Assembly: GCA_951406725.2 (NCBI GenBank)
Contig: OX597839.1
Span: 20,832,001-20,896,000, forward strand
Direction of reading: 5' to 3'
Length of the DNA stretch: 64,000 bases
Source of the DNA: Octopus vulgaris
Taxonomy: Eukaryota
Made by a program: the position numbers and the translations under genes. This document shows positions 1-14,266 of the stretch, in pieces. The first letter of the stretch is position 1; each line of letters starts with the position of its first letter. Under the pieces are notes generated by a model that saw only the letters and a program-made list of their open reading frames with translations, did not search any database and was not told the DNA's origin.

Positions 1-699
1 AGAAGGAAATGAAGGAGATGATGATGATGATGATGATGGAGAGGAAGAAGAAATGAAGGAGATGAAGACGAAGAAGGAGAAGGAGGAGGAGGAGATGATG
101 GAGATGAAGAAGACGAAGAAGAAGACAGCAACACTATCACCACTACCACCACCAACAACATCACTATAACCTGCACCGGCACAACCGACACTACTACCAA
201 GACCACCACGTCTGCTCTCACCACCAGTACTACCTCCATCACAGCACCTCCAACAGTAGCAAGAACAACGCTACAACCACCTCCCACCACCACCACCATA
301 ACCCAGAGAGAAAATTACTTTTCTGGACCTCACCCCCCCACGCCGCCCCCATTATCTATATAACAATTCCTAGAGATCAATCAATATCTAATTAGATTTC
401 GATAAACAAACATAAACAGCAACAACAACAATAACAACAACAACAGTTAAACTAAACTAATAAATAAACAATAAAATAAATACCATTTTTTTTTCTTTTA
501 GTTTTATATTTGTTTTGTTTGTGTCGAATTTTTATTTTTTTTTTGGTTCCTTCCCGTGATTCCATACAAAATTGCAACGACCTCTTCATCATCTGACTAT
601 GACCTCTTAACTCTTGCTCCACCCACCACAGGTCAAAGGTAAAAACCATTCAGTAAACAAACAAACATGCTGAATTTAATTAATCTATTTTCGATGCTG

Positions 700-761
700 G
701 TTTATTATTATCATCATCATCATCATCATGGTCGCCAATATTATTTTCGTTATTATTATTA

Positions 762-816
<55 letters not shown>

Positions 817-845
817 CATTATTATTATTATCATTATTATTATTA

Positions 846-876
<31 letters not shown>

Positions 877-1075
877 CATCATCATCATCGTTGTCGTCAA
901 TATTATTTTCATTATCATTATGAATAATATTATTATTATCATCATCGTCGTCGTCATCATACTTATCTTCATCATAGTCGTCATTTTCATCGTAATCATC
1001 GAAGACCTCGCCATCATTATCATCATCATCATCATTGATATCGTCATTATATCATTATTATTATTATCGTCGTTG
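700..1075. repeat. (ATT)n/(ATC)n trinucleotide microsatellite
   Basis: Direct reading; source of poly-I/Y/H ORFs. Confidence 0.95.
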
Positions 1076-1077
1076 TT

Positions 1078-1660
1078 AAGGCGGCGAGCTGGCAGAAACG
1101 TTAGCACGCTGGACGAAATGCTTAGCGGTATTTGTTTGCCGCTACGTTCTGAGTTCAAATTCCGCCGAGGTCGATTTTGCCTTTCATCCTTTCATACTTT
1201 CGGGGTCGATAAAATAAGTATCAGTTACGCACTGGGGTCGATATAATCGACTTAATCCGTTTGTCTGTCCTTGTTTGTTCCTTATGTGTTTAGCCCCTTG
1301 TGGATAGTAAAGAAATAGGTATTTCGTCTGCCGCTACGTTCTGAGTTTAAATTCCGCCGAGGTCGACTTTGCCTTTCATTCTTTCGGAGTCGATTAAATA
1401 AGTACCAGTTACGCACTGAGGTCGATGTAATCGACTTAATCCCTTCCCCCAAGCTGCTCTTGTGCCAAAAATTTGAAACCATTGCTAGCACGCCGGACAA
1501 AATACTTAGCGGTATTTTGTCGGTCTTCACGTTCTGAGTTCAAATTCCTCCAAGGTCGGCTTTGCCTGTCAGCTCTTCAGGGTCGATAAATTAAGTATCA
1601 GTTGCGTACTGGGATCAATCTAATCGACTGGTCCCCCACCCCCAAAATTTCGAGCCTTCC
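1078..1660 (+). mobile_element. SINE family B composite array (head plus about 3 body units)
   Basis: Head AAGGCGGCGAGCTGGCAGAAACGTTAGCAC, B-box-like GAGTTCAAATTCC, body GCCTTTCATCCTTTCGGGGTCGATAAA..AAGTACCAG; more than 10 loci in the window. Confidence 0.85.
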
Positions 1661-1771
1661 TCTTTTATGTAAGACCCTACACAAACTGTAAACTGCCCTT
1701 GTAATGTCCCTTTCATCAGATCCCGTTTTGGCAAAAAAAAACAAAACATTATATATTATTATTATTATTAT

Positions 1772-1803
<32 letters not shown>

Positions 1804-1864
1804 ATGGTGGTGTTTTCTAATTACTGTTTCTAATATTATTTAGTTTTTCAGTTTTTCTACTAGT

Positions 1865-2172
1865 TATATATAATTCATATACATGTATGTATGTATGTAT
1901 ATATATATATATATATATTATATGTATGATGTATATATATATATATATATGTATGAATGTATATATATATATATATATGTATGAATATATATACATATAT
2001 ATATATATATGTATGAATGTATATATATATATATATATGTATGAATATATATATATATATATATATGTATGAATGAATATATATATATATATATATATGT
2101 ATGAATGAATATATATATATATATATATGTATGAATGTATATATATATATATATATATTTATTGTATGAATG

Positions 2173-2207
<35 letters not shown>

Positions 2208-2296
2208 ATATATATATATACATGTATGTATGAATATATATATATATATATATATTCATATACATGTATGTATATATATATATGTGTGTATGAATG

Positions 2297-2350
<54 letters not shown>
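1865..2350. repeat. (TA)n/(TATG) compound microsatellite
   Basis: Direct reading. Confidence 0.95.
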
Positions 2351-2352
<2 letters not shown>

Positions 2353-2616
2353 TTTGCGAGTTTCTTTGTATTTGTGTGTGTGATTGTGTAAGCGTTTATG
2401 TGTTTCTATATATCTGTTCATGCGTTTTTGTGCGTAATTGTGTGTTTGTAAATGTATGTGCCTGTATTGTGTCCATCTGTGTATTGGGTGTATAAATGTC
2501 TGTTCTCTTATAATTGCTATTAAAACTTATTTCTAATCGTTTTCTCATTTAGATTTCCTCTCTCAAAATGGCACTTTTTAAAATAGATATAATACAATTA
2601 ATATTTATAATTAAAA

Positions 2617-2918
2617 CTAGCAGCATAGCCCAGCGTTGCCCGGGTATGTAAGAGCCCCTAGTAGGCAACGACTGCGAAAACTACAACAGAAAATGTGTTG
2701 CATATAAAAAGCTTAGATTCTCGACCCCATGTCGAATTTATCGATTTTTCTCAGAACTGGGGGAACTTTTCAAAATTTTCGCTTCGTTAGTTTTGAATTA
2801 TGACATTGGGCTATGTGTGTGTCAAGTTTCATCAGAATCGGTTGAAAGCCGTGGTCAGGGTGAGGGTACAACCTGACAGACACACAGACAGACAATCTGC
2901 CGTTTATATATAGAGAGA
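2617..2918 (-). mobile_element. Non-autonomous Helitron (internally deleted relative of 20510-20949)
   Basis: Minus strand starts A|TCTCTCTATATATAAACGGCAG and ends CCCGGGCAACGCTGGGC-TATGCTG-CTAG|T; close match to the 20510 copy. Confidence 0.8.
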
Positions 2919-3309
2919 TACACAAAACATTTGGCCCCGTTGTTGTACTTATGTTTTAATTAGCTGTCTGGTTGCCCAGTTGATAAGTTGTACGAATCAG
3001 ATGTTAAAATCCACCGCAACCATTTCATAGCCCTTCAAAGCAGGGCTGGAACTTCATGTGGTCTTGGGAATAGCCCCATTGCAGGACGCCATGGCCAAGT
3101 GTCTTCTATAGCCTCGGACCAACCAAAGCCTTTCCGTTGGAATTGGCAGGTGGAAACTGTATGGAAGCCTGTCCTATATACATATATATATATGCCTGTG
3201 TGTGTATAGCTTGTCGTGTGTGTGTGTGTGTGTTTGGTTTTTGCATTTGGTTTGAAAGATTCTTTGTGAATTTGTGTGTTGAAGTATATATTATTGTGTC
3301 TGGGGAGAG

Positions 3310-3640
3310 TCAACGACTGTTGAAGAGGTTGCAAGAAGCAACGAAGATTTTAGAAAAAATAAATAAGTAAATGAGTGGAAATCGAACCGGTGTGTGTGTT
3401 AATTAATAAGGCATTAAAACAGAATGACCCTCCCCAAACTCAATAATGTGTGTGTGTGAGAGAGGAGAATAAGACAAAGTAGAAAATGCTAAAATAATTT
3501 TGTCATGAAGAACATTTTAGTACCGGTTTCAGCCTTTGTGACTTTTTCAACTTAGAGTAAAGCATGAAAAACATTCAAATTGTGGGAAAATGAAATGAAA
3601 TGTTTTTTTAAAATATTTCCATACATTTCGAATGTAAGGG
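3310..3640. mobile_element. Penelope-associated-type cassettes carrying hammerhead-like motifs on opposite strands
   Basis: 3317-3355 (+) TTGAAGAG-GTTGC..GCAAC-GAAG; 3516-3555 (-) TTGAAAA-AGTC..GGCT-GAAAC-CG-GTA; 3320-3447 is repeated at 54265-54394. Confidence 0.5.
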
Positions 3641-3699
3641 ACATTTCCCTTTTTTCTGTCTGTCTCTGTCTCTCTGTTTTACTCTGTGTATGTGTCTTT

Positions 3700-4147
3700 G
3701 TATTTGTGTTTGTCCTCCCATCACTGCTTGGCAACTGGTGTTGGCGTGTTTAACTCCCCGTAAACATAGCTGTTCGGCAAAAGAGAACCGATAGAATAAG
3801 CACTAGGCTTTAAAAAATAAGTCTTACGGTCGATGTGTGGGTAGTAAAGAAATAGGTATTTCGTCTGCCGCTACGTTCTGAGTTCAAATTCCGCCGAGGT
3901 CGACTTTGCCTTTCATTCTTTCGGAGTCGATTAAATAAGTACCAGTTACGCACTGAGGTCGATGTAATCGACTTAATCCCTTCCCCCAAGCTGCCCTTGT
4001 GCCAAAAATTTGAAACCATTGCTAGCACGCCGGACAAAATACTTAGCGGTATTTTGTCGGTCTTCACGTTCTAAAATCCTTCACGGCGGTGCTCCAGCAT
4101 GGCCGCAGTCAAATGACTGAATCAAGTAAGAATAAAAGGATAAGAAT
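3700..4147 (+). mobile_element. SINE family A 3' half interrupted by a SINE B segment (3836-4072)
   Basis: GTTCGGCAAAAGAG..GATAGAATAAG before the insert and GGCGGTGCTCCAGCATGGCCGCAGTCAAATGACTGAA after it. Confidence 0.8.
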
Positions 4148-4333
4148 GCAGCACGCGCGCACACGTACATGCACGTGCTTCTTCACTGGTTTTGGTCAAG
4201 GCCACGCTGGAGCACCGCCTTGTAGTGTCGGTCGTACAGATTAAACCCAGGGCTTGTTTTAAATCTTGGACTTGTTCTGTCGTTGCCTTTTAACCAATCT
4301 GCATACATACACACACGTTCATACACACATGTT

Positions 4334-4377
<44 letters not shown>

Positions 4378-4418
4378 CATACATACATCAGGCACACACT
4401 CAAACGCACACGCCCATA

Positions 4419-4453
<35 letters not shown>

Positions 4454-4543
4454 TAAGCACAAATTTCTTATTTAATCATTTGTGATAAAAAAAAAAAATG
4501 GCCTCTGGCAGATAAAAATGTTTCGTCATTTACCGCCCCTAAC

Positions 4544-5156
<613 letters not shown>

Positions 5157-5522
5157 TGTCTGTCTGTCTGTCTACGTGCGGCGTGTTACTCGGCCGTCTT
5201 TTAAGCCCCCGATTCCTCGTCCACATGTGACTGTTAACTATGGCCAATCTCTGATAACATTTGCACTTCCTGAAATAGTATAATAAATAGTTCAGCCAGG
5301 TGGGACTTCATATGGGCTTCTGGCTCGCCTGCGGAACACGTTATCAATAAAGTTATACATATGCACACACACACACACACCACGCACACTCAGATTCATA
5401 CATGCGTGTATACACGATTACACAATAATACGTACGTGGCTGGCTGGCTGGATAGGTAGATAGATGAAATGGATAGATAGAGGGATAGATAGGTAGAGGG
5501 TTGGCTAGCGGGATAGATAGAA

Positions 5523-5561
<39 letters not shown>

Positions 5562-5635
5562 TAGATAGATAGGTGGATCGATGGATAGATAGATGGATGG
5601 ATGGATGGAATTTAGGTAGATAGATAGATAGATAA

Positions 5636-5740
5636 GTTTCTTTATTGGCCACACAGGGCTGCACACAGTTACAAGTTACAAGGTAGAGCTTTTCTTTTGA
5701 GGGATGAGACAAAAAACAAAGTGGCGTAGTTTTCAATCAA
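5636..5740 (-). mobile_element. LINE 3' terminus remnant with polyA signal and simple-repeat tail
   Basis: Minus strand CAGCCCTGTGTGGCCAATAAAG followed by (TATC)n; same ending as 36830-36850. Confidence 0.4.
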
Positions 5741-5834
5741 AAGGGATCGTAAAAGGGGAAAAGAAACATAAGAAAAGAAAAATAAAAAAAGAAGAAAAAA
5801 GAGGGAAAAAAGGAGGAGAGGAAAAAAAAAGAAA

Positions 5835-5873
5835 ATAGATAGATAGATAGATAGATTGATAGGTGGATGGATG

Positions 5874-5954
<81 letters not shown>

Positions 5955-6035
5955 GTGGATGGATGGATGGATAGATAGATAGGTGGCTGGCTGGCTGGCT
6001 GGCTGGATAGATAGATAGATAGATAGGTGGATGGA
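5835..6035. repeat. (GATA)n/(GATG)n microsatellite
   Basis: Direct reading. Confidence 0.95.
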
Positions 6036-6236
6036 TACGTGCGTACGTGCATGGAAAAGAGAGCCATTGTCCCAGAATAAGTCGAAACCACACGTTGCAC
6101 ATTTCTCTACCAGAACACTTGTTTGCACATCTTATCTGGTCGCTCAACCGTAACAGCTCTTTTGATGACCCAATTAATCTAGAATTAAGTCGGTCACAGT
6201 TTTTTATTAATTGAAAAGTGAACAAACTAACGATAT

Positions 6237-6530
6237 GGGCGTAGTTAAGAAGTTCCGTTCGGAACCATGTAGTTTCGGGTTCAGTTCCCCTGCGCCCCAC
6301 CTTAGGGCAAATGTCTTCTAATCTAACCCCCGGGCCGATCAATGCCTTGTGAGTTAATTTGATAGGCGGAAGTTTGTGTCTGTGTGTCTTTATTTGTCTT
6401 CATACCCCTTGAGAACAAATATTCGTTTGATTACTTCTCCATTACCTAGCGGTTCGGCAAAAGATAACGATAGAATTATTACCAAATTTACAAAGAATAT
6501 ATAACTGCGGTCATTTGTTTGCATAAAACC
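6237..6530 (+). mobile_element. Degenerate SINE family A copy
   Basis: GGGTTCAGTTCCCCTGCG..GGGCAAATGTCTTCTA..CCTTGTGAG..TAGCGGTTCGGCAAAAGA. Confidence 0.7.
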
Positions 6531-6789
6531 CTTTGGAGATCAAAGTGATCTTGGATCTGTGGAGTTCCTTAAACGGCCCTTGTTGGAGGTTCTTTTGTAT
6601 CAAGGGGACTGCATCATTCATGCATTCACATATTTTGTATCCTTTGTACCCTTTTATCTCATTTCACCCTCATTTCCCCTTTTTTTCTTGTCTTATGTAA
6701 ACCCTAAACAACCTTTAAACTGTCCTTGTATCGTCCTACTCATTCAACGACCCTTTGACGAATCATTATTTATTATTATTATTACTAAC

Positions 6790-7015
6790 GTAGTGAGCTG
6801 GCAGAACCGTTAAACACGCCGGGCAAGATGCTTAGCGGCATTTCGTCCGTCTTTATGTTCCGAGTTCAAATTCCGTCGAGGTCGACTTCGCCTTTGACCA
6901 TTTCAGGGTCAATGAAAGAAGTACAAGTTATGCACTGGGGTCGATGTAACCGACTTATTCCCTTCCCTGAAATTGCGACCTTGTTCCAAAATACGAAATC
7001 ATCATCATTATTATT

Positions 7016-7053
<38 letters not shown>

Positions 7054-7295
7054 TATTATTATTATTATTAAAGCAGCGAGCAGGCAGAATCTTTAGCGTA
7101 CTGGACGAAATGCTTAGCGGTATTATTTCGCCCCGTCGCTACGTTCTGAGTTCAAATTCCGCTAAGGTCAATTTTGCCTTTCATCCGTTCGGGGGTCGAT
7201 AAATTAAACCCCAGTGAAACACTAGGGTCGATGTAATCGACTAGTTCCTCCCCAATTAAATTTCAGGCCATGTGCCTTTGGTAGAAATGATTATT
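6790..7295 (+). mobile_element. Two SINE family B copies (short-tail variant) separated by (ATC/ATT)n
   Basis: GAGCTGGCAGAA..GCTTAGCGG..GAGTTCAAATTCCG occurs twice. Confidence 0.8.
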
Positions 7296-7346
7296 ATTAC
7301 TATTATATAAATATATATATATTTTTTTTTTCATCTTTGTTTCCAG

Positions 7347-7419
7347 CTTCAGGCGAAGACGTATGGCGGACAAAACGAAGCTATTCATCTTACGACAATA
7401 GCGAAATTTCAGAATATGT
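7347..7419 (+). CDS. Candidate isolated internal exon (73 nt) of an unidentified gene
   Basis: Strong acceptor TTTTTTTTTTCATCTTTGTTTCCAG and consensus donor GTAAGT at 7420; unique sequence; two open frames: LQAKTYGGQNEAIHLTTIAKFQNM or SGEDVWRTKRSYSSYDNSEISEY. Confidence 0.45.
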
Positions 7420-7571
7420 GTAAGTTTTTATTCCATTTTATTTTGAATTTTTCATTAAGAGAAAAAAATCAATAGGCATGTGGAATTTTACATTAACCGT
7501 GTATCTGTGTGTGTAAATATATATATATATATAATATATTTTATATCAATTATATTTATATTATTTGTTAT

Positions 7572-7911
7572 GAAGGCGCATGGCTCAGTGGTTAGAGCGT
7601 CGAGCTTACGATCGTGAGGTTGTGAGCTCGAATCCCGGACCGGGCTGCGTGTTGTGTTCTCGAGCAAGGCACTTTATTTCACGTTGCTCCAGTTCACTCA
7701 GCTGTAGAAATGAGTTGCGACGTCACTGGTGCCAAGCTGTATCGACCTTTGTCTTTCCCTTGGATAACACTGGTGGCATTGAGAGGGGAGGCTGGTATGC
7801 AGGGGCGACTGCTGGTCTTCCATAAACAACCTTGCCTGGACTTGTGTCTAGGAGGGTAACTTTCTAGGTGCAATCCCATGGTCATTCATGACCGAAGGGG
7901 GTCTTTACCCT
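7572..7911 (+). mobile_element. Full-length tRNA-derived SINE family C with 11-bp TSD
   Basis: A box TGGCTCAGTGG, B-box-like GCTCGAATCC; TSD TTATTTGTTAT at 7561-7571 and 7912-7922. Confidence 0.85.
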
Positions 7912-8077
7912 TTATTTGTTATTTATGTATTGGTTTATGTCTATCACTGTTTCAGTTGCCTAACAGTGGTTTTATCTCTAATTCATATTTTATATATTTA
8001 TACTGTAAAATTTGATTTAATACTAAATTGAATTTTTCCCTGTAAGTTTGGAGCTATACTCCCTAATATTATTATTA

Positions 8078-8131
<54 letters not shown>

Positions 8132-8309
8132 GAGAGAGAGAGAGAGAGATAATAAGATATATATATATTAAACCACGGTTTTACCTTTAAATTTCCTACT
8201 ACCGTATACCTTATAACGAGACTATACATAATGAGGTAATACACCAGGAGTGCCTACGGATACATCTATCCCTTGGATGGTCGCATAACCTCTAGCTTAT
8301 ATCCTGCTG

Positions 8310-8340
<31 letters not shown>

Positions 8341-8347
8341 TATCCTT

Positions 8348-8533
8348 TTTCCAAGGAATCTAATGTTCTTAGCTTAGTTTTTCCTTGGGGCTGGCCTGAT
8401 TTGAGCAATCTGAAGATTAATCAGCCGAAATTGCGAGTATGATCCGGTTCTTGACTGAAGATTAAAGTCTTCGAAAGACCCGTCCGTGCTTTTTGTATCT
8501 TCTATTTGGATGTTTTACGTTCTTGTCCCATTT

Positions 8534-8540
<7 letters not shown>
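8348..8540 (+). repeat. Dispersed structured repeat embedded in (TA)n (other copies 40955-41190, 50124-50280)
   Basis: TTCCAAGGAATCTAATG..TTCCTTGGGGCTGGCC..GAGCAATCT..GAAATTGCGA shared among copies. Confidence 0.75.
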
Positions 8541-8583
<43 letters not shown>

Positions 8584-8741
8584 TGTGTTTTGAAATAATA
8601 GCATGAAATTCAATATCAAAAAAAAAATCCTCAAGAAGAATATATGTCTAAAATTGTATTGTATTAAAAATATATGTAAATATATGAAACATGACAAAGA
8701 ATACTCATTATAAATTCAGTGTATAATATTCTAACAGAATA

Positions 8742-8794
<53 letters not shown>

Positions 8795-8796
<2 letters not shown>

Positions 8797-8982
8797 GCCA
8801 TGATAGATCGTTAGCCACTACACACATTTTTTTCTCTCCTTGTTTTTTCTCTGTCCCTTTCTGTAGAAGAGCGTAGGCTCGAAACGTAGAAGACTTTTCT
8901 ATTCCTGAGCGCTATACTAATACATCTGTTTGTTTTGTACACCACCTGTCTTCGTCTTTTGTTTTTTTCGTAAACTCTCCCT
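8795..8982 (+). mobile_element. TA-embedded cassette with degenerate hammerhead-like motif (8857-8892)
   Basis: cttt-CTGTAGA-A-GAGC gtag GCTC-GAAAC-GTA-gaag; homologous to 38840-39035 and 40605-40800. Confidence 0.5.
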
Positions 8983-9230
8983 ATATATATATATATATAT
9001 AGTAGTGGATTTTCCCGTCAGCTTTGTCGTTTGAAGGTCTAACAGTTATTGCTATTAGACCACTTGTACATGGTTTGTTTTCCACAGAATGAACAACATA
9101 CCTCAGGCTCTTCTATTGGGGTTTTTCTCGGGCTACACACACACACGCACGCGCACAAGAACACAAATGGGTCGAGGTTCACTGCAGTTGTTTCAGATGC
9201 GTTTTTTTTTTAATTGACGAACAAATCTAT

Positions 9231-9396
9231 AGGCGCAGGAGTGGCTGTGTGGTAAGTAGCTTGCTAACCAACCACATGGTTCCGGGTTCAGTCCCACTGC
9301 GTGGTATCTTGGGCAAGTGTCTTCTGCTATAGCCCCGGGCCGACCAATACCTTGTGAGTGGATTTGGTAGACGGAAACTGAAAAAAGCCTGTCGTA

Positions 9397-9443
<47 letters not shown>

Positions 9444-9663
9444 TTGTGTGTGTGTGTGTGTGTGTTTGTCCCTCTAGCATTGCTTGACAACCGATGCTGG
9501 TGTGTTTACATCCCCGTCACTTAGCGGTTCGGCAAAAGAGACCGATAGAATAAGTACTGGGCTTACAAAGAATAAGTCCCGGGGTCGATTTGCTCGACTA
9601 AAGGCGGTGCTCCAGCATGGCCGCAGTCAAATGACTGAAACAAGTTAAAGAGTAAAGAGTAAA
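9231..9663 (+). mobile_element. Full-length tRNA-derived SINE family A with internal (TA)(TG) microsatellite
   Basis: A box TGGCTGTGTGG, B box GGTTCAGTCCC, tail GGCGGTGCTCCAGCATGGCCGCAG..(AAAGAGT)n. Confidence 0.9.
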
Positions 9664-10100
9664 TCAATTTACATCATAAATTTAAAAAAAAACATTTTCT
9701 TCAGCTGAATAAGAATTTAAATCAAAATTTGGCTCATGGAGAATATATTGTTAACTCCCTAATCAGGGTGACGATCAAGAGAGTTTTGGGTGTCCTTATT
9801 AAAATACTTTGATTCAACTGGATCCCGCAAATAACTTTCCATAGGCATCAACATACGCCTGTATGTTCCAAAAATGTAATTTTCCCAAATAAAGTGCACA
9901 TCATATTCAAGGCTGCAATCAAGTTACAGGATGTTACCCAACTAAGAGTCCACCGTAGCATATAGCAGAAGCAGCTTTAAGCCAATGAATTCTTTACATA
10001 ATATTTGTTGTTTTTTTCCGGTGTGTTCTTGTTACTACTATGTATTCATATAACATTATATTCTGATGCATGCATATATATATTGAGTTCTACACCTAAG

Positions 10101-11045
<945 letters not shown>

Positions 11046-12084
11046 TATTATAGGAAGCATGAATAGATTCTATGGAACTATGCAGTGTCGAGAAAAACAT
11101 AATAGCTAAAGTTCCTTAAAAATTCTTTCTCTCCATTTCTAATACTGTATGTGATTCCATCTGTTTTTTCTTTTTTTTTCTCTCTCTGTTATTTTGATCT
11201 GTAATTAAGTACTAGGATCATATGAATAATTAAGTGACTGGCATCTATTCTGTTACGTCCATCCTCATTTATCACGGAGATTTGGTTAAAAAAGAAAAAG
11301 AACTGATGAATCCGTGATGAGTGAATCATCTCCACACAACTTGTAAATGGAATGTTATGGCAGATTCGTTGACGCTAAATTCGCGGCCCGCAACAGCAAA
11401 GCTTCCACCATCAACCGCTTGTGTGTGTGTGCGCGTCTGTCCTTGTGTCTGTGCTTGTCACACATACCCATCACCTGACAACCAGTATTGGTCTGTGTAT
11501 GTCGAGCAGATCGGCAAAAATGATCGATAGAATACGTACCAAACCTAAAAAAATGAAAAGAAAAAGAAAAACATAAGTACTCGTGTCGATTTATTCGGCT
11601 AAGAACCCTTCAAGGCGATGCTCCAGCAAAGCCGCAGTCCTGTAATTGAAACAAGTAAAAAGATAAAAGATATAAGAAAAAATTAACAAAATCAGAAATT
11701 AGATTCATTAAAGCGTAAAGTTCTGCATGACATTGTCAATGAACCAAAGCAGAAAATGAGGAACCAAGACCCGCCCTCGCAATGTCTCCGGCAATTATTT
11801 CTATAAAATCTGCTACGCACTGTTTCACCAGCTGGAAGGGAAAGCATAACGTACGACGATCTTATTTTGATGACATTCTACGATTATTGAGTGCTTCAGC
11901 ATGTATTTGTGTGTGTGTGTGTATGTATGGGTGTAATATATTTAATGTGTTTGTAGGTGTATATGTGTGTGCGTTTGTGTGTATTTTTCTCTGTGTGTTT
12001 GTGTTTATGTGTGTGTTTATGTATGCGTGTATCATCCGCACCGTCCCATGTATGCGTTTGTGTAACTCTCAGAAAAACTGTGTT

Positions 12085-12270
12085 GCCTAGTAGTTAGGCA
12101 TGCTGGTCTCATGATCGTAAGATCGTAGTTTCAATTTCTGGACCGGGCTGTGCATTGTTTCCTTGAGCAAAACATTTCATTTCACGTTGCTTCAGTTCAC
12201 TCAGCTGTAAATGGGCTCCATCAGTCGCTAGGAAGTTAACTCGTGCGACGGGCCGGCTTCTCGTTCAGTG
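12085..12270 (+). mobile_element. Degenerate SINE family C 5' part
   Basis: GGACCGGGCTG..TTGAGCAAAACATTTCATTTCACGTTGCTTCAGTTCACTCAGCTGTA matches the 7572 copy. Confidence 0.7.
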
Positions 12271-13393
12271 CTGGTAAGTGTTGTAACCTCTATCACTCAT
12301 ACACTTAAACCCCGGCCATATGTGTCTTAGTGTTCGTGACAGACCTAAATCTAAATAAGTCTCAAATACTTGAAAAATACCACCTAATGTAAGTGGATCT
12401 CTGAGCAGCTGCCCCTTAAAACTGTAGCTGACGCACCTGATTACAAAATTATACATGCTTGACTGAACTCTGAGCAATAACACAACTCCAACCTTAAATA
12501 CTAAAAACCTTCAATTATATCTTTCCATCAAACTCATTCTTATTAACTAGTTATCATTCAATAAAGCTCCACCTACCCCAGAATAAAACAAACTCGAACT
12601 CGAATGTATCATAGTCCGATGAAGGTGAACGGGGTGAAACTTCGCAGTCACTGTCACCACTCATAAAAGTATAATGCATTCTGCTAAAGAGTATTGAGTA
12701 ATTCTACAGTTTAGTGTAATATTATCTTTATATATAACTCGACATCTAAAAAAAATTAATAGACACCACCGTTTTTGTCTTTCCCTGTGCGTGTGTGTAA
12801 AAAGACGGGGTGGACACGGTTAGGACGCCTCAGATCATGGTGATAGTAATAATGGTAGTGAATGGCACATCGCTGACAGCGGCGACGGCGACAGGAGTGA
12901 AAAAGAAGAAGCTCGTAGACCGAAAATAAGAGGAGCAAAGGTGGGTGGGGGGTAAAGAACGGAACAATGATGACGACGATGACAAGAAGAAGAAGAAGAT
13001 GGAGTAGGAGGAGGGCAGTGAAGATAGAGGAAACATTTGTCGATGACCACAACAGAAAAGTTCCAGGGAAATGCCAGACACACAGAAAAACCAATACTGC
13101 TGGTGCCATTAGGCACTGCAAGAACACGTCTGATGTCTCCATGCGTAAAAGACACGCCTATTGCTGTCTCTTTACCTCTCCCTTTGTCTTTCTTCGTCTC
13201 TTTCTCTCCCCTGTCTCAACATAGATAGACAGACAGACAGACAGACTGACTGACTGATAGATAGGTAGGTAGGTAGGTAGGTAGGTAGATGATACATAGA
13301 TAGATAGATAGATGATACATAGACAGATAGATGATAGATAGATAGATCATACATAGACAGACAGACAGATAGATGATAGATAGACAGACAGAC

Positions 13394-13444
<51 letters not shown>

Positions 13445-13449
13445 CAGAC

Positions 13450-13503
<54 letters not shown>

Positions 13504-13638
13504 GTGTGTGTGTGTTTATAACAAAACTCTGGCATAGGGGACAAACAAGGAGCATACGGCAAAACGCAGACACTGACGCTAAACGCAGCTATGCTCGGTC
13601 CCTCATCAGTTAACACCATATAGCACCACAATTTCAGC

Positions 13639-13686
<48 letters not shown>

Positions 13687-13862
13687 CCTGGACCAATCAT
13701 TGGTCGAAACATATCTAAGTTTATATATATATATATTTACACACATATACAGACACAGTTAATATAAACAGCAGGCTGCAATATTTCACCAAAAAGAATT
13801 ATGACTGTCACTAAATGTGACTAGGGTGTTAAGAAACACCTACATTGCTAGAAAAAAGAGCT

Positions 13863-13929
<67 letters not shown>

Positions 13930-14232
13930 CTATCTATCTACCTATCTATCTATCTATATATATATGGCAAATATGCGTCACGATATATATATATGTATAT
14001 GCGTATATATATGTGTGTGTGTATGCGTGTATATATATATACATACACACATATGTATGCATATATATATATATATACACATATATATACACACACATAC
14101 ATGTATATATATATGTGTGTGTGTGTGTGTGTATACATATATATATATATACATATATATACACACACACATATATATATGTATATATATATATATGTGT
14201 GTGTGTGTGTATACATATATATACACACACAC

Positions 14233-14266
<34 letters not shown>

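Noticed and set aside
7574-7650. tRNA gene
   Set aside because: A/B boxes are present but there is no proper acceptor or anticodon stem; it continues into a SINE body with TSD
9730-10000. Possible decayed coding sequence on the minus strand
   Set aside because: Short frames only, no recognisable motif
12608-12655. Hammerhead-like CCGATGA..GAAAC..GTC
   Set aside because: Helix I pairs but helix II cannot form and U4 is altered
13585-13625. Minus-strand CTGATGAGG hammerhead start
   Set aside because: No GAAA or helix III follows
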